DNA of 64,000 bases, from positions 682,001 through 746,000 of the forward strand of contig NC_058383.1 of the NCBI RefSeq assembly GCF_018350175.1, written 5' to 3'. This stretch comes from Felis catus. Its lineage: Eukaryota. The notes under the pieces were generated by a model. It saw nothing but the letters and a program-made list of their open reading frames with translations. It did not search any database and had not been told where the DNA came from. A program made the translations under genes and the position numbers. Positions 63,158 to 64,000 of this stretch are shown here, piece after piece; the first letter of the stretch is position 1; the number at the start of each line of letters is the position of its first letter.

Positions 63158-64000
63158 GTTCATTTTTTTGTTTTGTTTTCTTTTTTTTTTTTTTTAATTT
63201 TTTTTTCAACGTTTATTTATTTTTGGGACAGAGAGAGACAGAGCATGAATGGGGGAGGGGCAGAGAGAGAGGGAGACACAGAATCGGAAACAGGCTCCAG
63301 GCTCTGAGCCATCAGCCCAGAGCCCGACGCGGGGCTCGAACCCACGGACCGCGAGATCGTGACCTGGCTGAAGTCGGACGCTTAACCGACTGCGCCACCC
63401 AGGCGCCCCTGTTTTGTTTTCTTAAATTCCACATGAGTGAAGTCATCTGGTATTTGTCTTTTTCTGACCGACTCACCTTCTTAGCATAATACTCCCTAGA
63501 TCTATCCGTGTGGTTGCAAAGGGCAAGATCTCGTTCTTTTTTAAGGCTGAATAATATTCCATTGCACAGATGCCACATCTTCTTGTCTGTTCATCAATCA
63601 GTGGACACTGGGGCTGCTTTACAGCTTGGCCGTCGTTGATTGCGCTGCTATAACGTGGGGGGCATGTGCCCCTTTGAATTAGTGTTCTTGTGCAATTACT
63701 GAATCGTAGAGTAAGTTCTATTTTTAATTTTTGAGGAACCTCCGTAGTGTTTTCCAGAGTGGCTGCCCCAGTTTGCATTCCCACCAACAGTGCGTGAGAG
63801 TTCCCCTTTCTCTATCCTCGCCAACACTGGCTGTTTCTTGTGTTGTTGATTTTAGCTGTTCTGTGAGGTGGTACCTCGTTGTAGTTTTGATGTGTAATTT
63901 CCCTGATGATCAGTGATGACGAGCACTTTCTCAAGTGTCTGTTGGCATCTGGATGTCGTCCTTGGAGAAGTGTCTGTTCATGTCTTCTGCCCCTTTTTTA
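62920..64000 (-). mobile_element. LINE-1 3' end (ORF2 C-terminus and 3' UTR, carnivore-type), running off the window
   Basis: Minus-strand translation VGMQTGAATLENTTEVPQKLKIEL...EYYSALKKNEILPFATT resembles the L1 ORF2p C-terminus, with frameshifts. Confidence 0.85.
63183..63409 (-). mobile_element. Young-type Can-SINE inserted in an L1 3' end
   Basis: TSD TGTTTTGTTTTCTT at 63169 and 63410. Confidence 0.92.

Noticed and set aside
55430..64000. DNAAF5 exon 5
   Set aside because: No matching translation found; presumed beyond the window.

Overview
Mammalian genomic DNA, GC-rich and CpG-rich. It is most likely felid, judged from about 26 carnivore tRNA-derived Can-SINEs of the SINEC_Fc type. 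The window holds the head-to-head PRKAR1B / DNAAF5 (HEATR2) locus. PRKAR1B (PKA regulatory subunit RI-beta, minus strand) contributes its first three coding exons: 29707-29886, 13254-13412 and 10448-10539; the rest lies left of the window. DNAAF5 (dynein axonemal assembly factor 5, plus strand) contributes exons 1-4: 43986-44613, 46828-47012, 54804-54928 and 55311-55429; the rest lies to the right. All junctions are GT-AG and in phase. Two CpG islands (about 30.4-31.2 kb and 43.7-44.9 kb) mark likely promoters. The rest is intron or intergenic DNA filled with SINEs, old L1/L2/MIR/MLT1/MER remnants, two solo LTRs and several tandem repeats. Almost all ORFs in the supplied track are GC or repeat artefacts. 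I see no convincing new protein-coding system. The best leads are non-coding: a 146-bp near-perfect inverted SINE pair apparently homogenised by GC-biased conversion; a probable PRKAR1B first exon lying antisense inside DNAAF5 coding exon 1; an intact ERV solo LTR with a TATA box about 0.5 kb upstream of the DNAAF5 ATG; an E2F/nuclear-receptor motif-dense VNTR in DNAAF5 intron 2; an in-frame alternative donor for DNAAF5 exon 1; and a 4-aa linker deletion in RI-beta. Comparisons with human sequence and repeat consensus names are from memory and need database confirmation.
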